A stretch of 41,035 nt of DNA from a bacterium (GTDB lineage Bacteria; Patescibacteriota; Minisyncoccia; UBA6257; JACOXY01). Where the stretch lies: assembly GCA_030680955.1 (NCBI GenBank), contig JAUXUB010000016.1:1-41035 (forward strand), in the 5' to 3' direction. The notes under the pieces are model-generated. The model was given only the letters and a program-made list of their open reading frames with translations. It was not told the origin of the DNA and ran no database searches. The position numbers and the translations under genes were made by a program. Below are positions 38,783 to 41,035 of the stretch, one piece after another. Every line of letters starts with the position of its first letter. The first letter of the stretch is position 1.

Positions 38783-38837
38783 CATAAAATCACTAGATCA
38801 TTAAATCAAAGTGTTCTAGTGTTCTAGTGATTTTATG
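38783..38837. repeat. About 55-bp palindromic motif, copy B, overlapping the serS 3' end
   Basis: CATAAAATCACTAGATCATTAAATCAAAGTGTTCTAGTGTTCTAGTGATTTTATG. The 11-bp arms are AAAATCACTAG / CTAGTGATTTT. It contains an 8-bp tandem duplication. Confidence 0.6.
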
Positions 38838-40129
38838 ACCTTCTTGCCCAAATATTTCTGCAAAACTTTAGGAACAAGAATTTTGCCATTGTTATTTTGA
38901 TAATTTTCAATAATTGCTATCAACATTCTACCTATTGCAAAAACTGTACCATTTAACATATGAACATATTCGGCACCTTGATCTGAATCTGCTCCTTCTT
39001 TTCTATATTTAATATTTAATCTACGCGACTGAAAATCTGTTGTATTAGATGTTGAATGAGTTTCACGATATTCACCTAGTCCATTTTTCTGACCAGGCAT
39101 CCAAGCCTCGATATCAAATTTTGAAGCGGCTGGATCTCCGAGGTCTCCAGTGCAAATATTTAAAACATGATATGGCAATTTTAGTAATTGCATCAAATGT
39201 TCTTCAATCGCAAGTAGAAGTTGATGTTCCACTTCTGATTTATCTGGTGTTGTAATTGAAAACATTTCTACTTTATCAAATTGGTGTACTCGCAGTATTC
39301 CCTTGGTATCTTTTCCATACGAACCAGCCTCACGACGAAAACAAGAAGAGAAAGAAACATAACGCCTAGGTAGTTCAATTTCTGCAAAAGTTTCACCTGC
39401 ATGCATTGGACCAATAGACTGTTCTGAAGTACCAACTAGATAAAGATCATCTTGAATGCTGTAAATTTCTTCTCCGCTACGATCCATATAACCCATAGCT
39501 GCCATCATTTCGCTCTTGATTAATACTGGAGGCACAACTGGAATAAATGGCGTTGAATCTACCATTAGTTTCTTATTACGTATAATATTCTTAATTTTTT
39601 TCTCATCTCCTAAAGTCTGAAATGCAAGTTGAACCAAAGCAAATTCTAGTAATGCGGCATCGCCAATCAAATAGCCGAACCTGCTACCAGATACTTTTGA
39701 AGCTCGTTCGATATTTATTATATTTAATTCCTCTCCTAATGAAAGATAATCCTTTGGGATTGGAAAGGCTACTTTTTTCTTGCCAACTTCACGAAGCACA
39801 ATATTGTCAGTTTCATCTTTTCCAATAGGAACTGAAGAAAGGGGCAAATTTGGTATTTGTCTTAAAATTGCATTTCTTTTTTCATCAAGTTCTTTAAGTG
39901 TTCCTTCAAGTGCTTTTATCTCATCTTTTAAGAGTTTAGCTTTAGTAATATCACGTGCTTCTCCTGCTTTTTTCTGATCTGACCTCAAATCTTCAACATT
40001 TTTTGTAACGGATCGCCAATTAGTATCTATAGCTAAAAACTCATCTACCAGACTAGGATTTATGTTTTTTGATGAAATGCCTTTTTTTATTAAATCCGGA
40101 TTTTCACGGATATATTTAATGTCTAACAT
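38816..40129 (-). CDS. serS: Serine--tRNA ligase
   Basis: N-terminal coiled-coil arm (MLDIKYIRENPD...) and class II motifs (FRREAGSYGKDTKGILRVHQF, GDLG, GTVFAIGRMLIAIIENYQ). Confidence 0.95.
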   Translation of the reverse strand: MLDIKYIRENPDLIKKGISSKNINPSLVDEFLAIDTNWRSVTKNVEDLRSDQKKAGEARDITKAKLLKDEIKALEGTLKELDEKRNAILRQIPNLPLSSVPIGKDETDNIVLREVGKKKVAFPIPKDYLSLGEELNIINIERASKVSGSRFGYLIGDAALLEFALVQLAFQTLGDEKKIKNIIRNKKLMVDSTPFIPVVPPVLIKSEMMAAMGYMDRSGEEIYSIQDDLYLVGTSEQSIGPMHAGETFAEIELPRRYVSFSSCFRREAGSYGKDTKGILRVHQFDKVEMFSITTPDKSEVEHQLLLAIEEHLMQLLKLPYHVLNICTGDLGDPAASKFDIEAWMPGQKNGLGEYRETHSTSNTTDFQSRRLNIKYRKEGADSDQGAEYVHMLNGTVFAIGRMLIAIIENYQNNNGKILVPKVLQKYLGKKVIKSLEH

Positions 40130-40211
40130 AATACCAGTATATAAGATTTAACAAATTTGGTCTAGCAATAGTAATACTATCCACTTATACGGTTTATGTA
40201 GTTATTTCTCT

Positions 40212-40282
40212 GTCTTTGCGAGGGTTATCCCGAAGCAATCTATTTTGATTAGACTAGTTTGCTTCGCTCTGCTCGCAAAGAC
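40212..40282. repeat. Hairpin related to the internal motif of the 154-bp MITE
   Basis: GTCTTTGCGAG ... GAAGCAA ... TTGCTTC ... CTCGCAAAGAC. Confidence 0.55.
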
Positions 40283-40300
40283 GGAAAATACAAATATGAA

Positions 40301-40350
40301 CTAAAAACCAAAAAAACGGCGCATCATTTCGATCTAATAAGATCTACTTT
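40301..40350 (-). terminator. Rho-independent terminator of the two small G+C-rich ORFs
   Basis: The minus strand reads CGGCGCATCA, a 23-nt loop, TGATGCGCCG, then TTTTTTT. Confidence 0.65.
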
Positions 40351-40374
40351 GATGCGCCGGTGCTGCAGGTGAAA

Positions 40375-40596
40375 CTACAGCGCAAAACGGTGATGATTCA
40401 TAGCGGCATCCTGGAGACTATCCAAGCCACCCCATTCATCCACGTCAATCTCCTCGAGTTGAGTGGGTCTGATGTGTTCACCGTAGAAACGGGTCAGAAA
40501 CTTGGCTGTTTCCTCCAAATCCTCACCAGCCACTAAGTTCTGCACAAGGCCCAGGTCAAGCAGAAAAAAACGCTTGTAGTAATCCAAACTTACCAT
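40375..40596 (-). CDS. Hypothetical protein (73 aa) in G+C-rich terminal segment
   Basis: The ORF is followed by a terminator. No family recognised. Confidence 0.35.
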   Translation of the reverse strand: MVSLDYYKRFFLLDLGLVQNLVAGEDLEETAKFLTRFYGEHIRPTQLEEIDVDEWGGLDSLQDAAMNHHRFAL

Positions 40597-40624
40597 CGAG
40601 ACTTCTTGTGCTAGGATTACTTAC

Positions 40625-40852
40625 CTAGCACTTCTTGAGCGCGGCAACGGCGACCGTGTCGTTCACATGGATCTGACGACACCGCTTCATCGTATGGAGG
40701 TGTTTCGTGAGCTTGCGACGCTTGTTGCGTTCACGCTTCCCTGCGAGGAGGTACGACTGACACTTCTGCCTGTGCCTACCTCCGCCCTTTGCCGCCTTCT
40801 TTTCCTCTTTCTTTTTATCGCTTTTCTTGCTTTCGTTGTTATCGTCGAACAT
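40625..40852 (-). CDS. Hypothetical very basic protein (75 aa)
   Basis: SD-like AAAGGTGA lies 4 nt before the ATG. Lys/Arg-rich. No family recognised. Confidence 0.4.
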   Translation of the reverse strand: MFDDNNESKKSDKKKEEKKAAKGGGRHRQKCQSYLLAGKRERNKRRKLTKHLHTMKRCRQIHVNDTVAVAALKKC

Positions 40853-40942
40853 TTTTCACCTTTCGCTTATCCGCCGGAATTGACGGACATCTATGCGAAA
40901 ATTCCCCTTTGAATTGCAATCTTCTTCGGCGAAAATTGTATT

Positions 40943-41035
40943 ATGGAACAAATACAACAACGTCGGAGCTGGCATCAGCTCACGATGGGTCAGAGGGATA
41001 GAATAGAAGCTCTGTTGGATGCGGGAGAAACCCAA
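40943..41035 (+). CDS. IS30-family-like transposase, N-terminal HTH fragment (runs off the window)
   Basis: Manual translation gives MEQIQQRRSWHQLTMGQRDRIEALLDAGETQ. The H-L-T-x-x-x-R-x-x-IEALL-x-x-G pattern is typical of IS30 transposase N-termini. Only 31 codons are visible. Confidence 0.4.
   Translation, partial: MEQIQQRRSWHQLTMGQRDRIEALLDAGETQ

Noticed and set aside
1-41035. Alternative genetic code with TGA as a sense codon (as in Gracilibacteria/Absconditabacteria), prompted by the in-frame TGA in pdaD
   Set aside because: All long conserved genes (valS, uvrA, uvrB, serS, cca and others) are uninterrupted in the standard-code ORF track. Several end at TGA at the expected C-terminus (valS, uvrB, cca, ORFs 20554 and 33626). 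The pdaD TGA also replaces a conserved Arg, not Gly or Trp.

Overview
AT-rich, very gene-dense bacterial chromosome segment: about 45 protein genes, 3 tRNAs, no rRNA and no CRISPR array. Most genes are on the minus strand. The genetic code is standard, since TGA, TAA and TAG all close conserved genes. Content is mostly housekeeping: valS, hsp20, a MacAB-like ABC efflux operon with adaptor, trpD-tyrA, cca, dispersed uvrC/uvrA/uvrB, serS-alr, tsaC, yjbQ and rpmB, plus many small hypothetical proteins. Gene content and trimmed domain architectures fit an ultra-small Patescibacteria/CPR-like genome, but that is inference only. The unusual feature is the load of small palindromic and mobile DNA. 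(1) A MITE-like family with CCCGTTAGA terminal inverted repeats and a TTCA target duplication. Every outer copy sits exactly on the start codon of a minus-strand gene (virB4-like, yjbQ, alr) and rebuilds the ATG. Copies are tandem or nested at two loci. (2) A 154-bp TA-flanked multi-hairpin MITE family with 4 copies. Its right junction reads TGGTATAAT in front of valS, a prsW-like gene and a tRNA-Pro. (3) A third family with conserved ends and unrelated cores. (4) A RAYT/IS200-like tyrosine transposase gene bracketed by hairpins, between uvrC and uvrA. (5) GC-rich palindromic modules inserted in frame in uvrB and cca, similar to Rickettsia palindromic elements. Other points: pdaD carries an in-frame TGA at a conserved Arg codon; the window ends in G+C-richer DNA on both sides (virB4-like fragment, IS30-like transposase fragment); an arsR gene is bracketed by 21-bp direct repeats; one tRNA-Pro is atypical. 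All calls come from reading the sequence and ORF track by eye. No database search or folding program was run.
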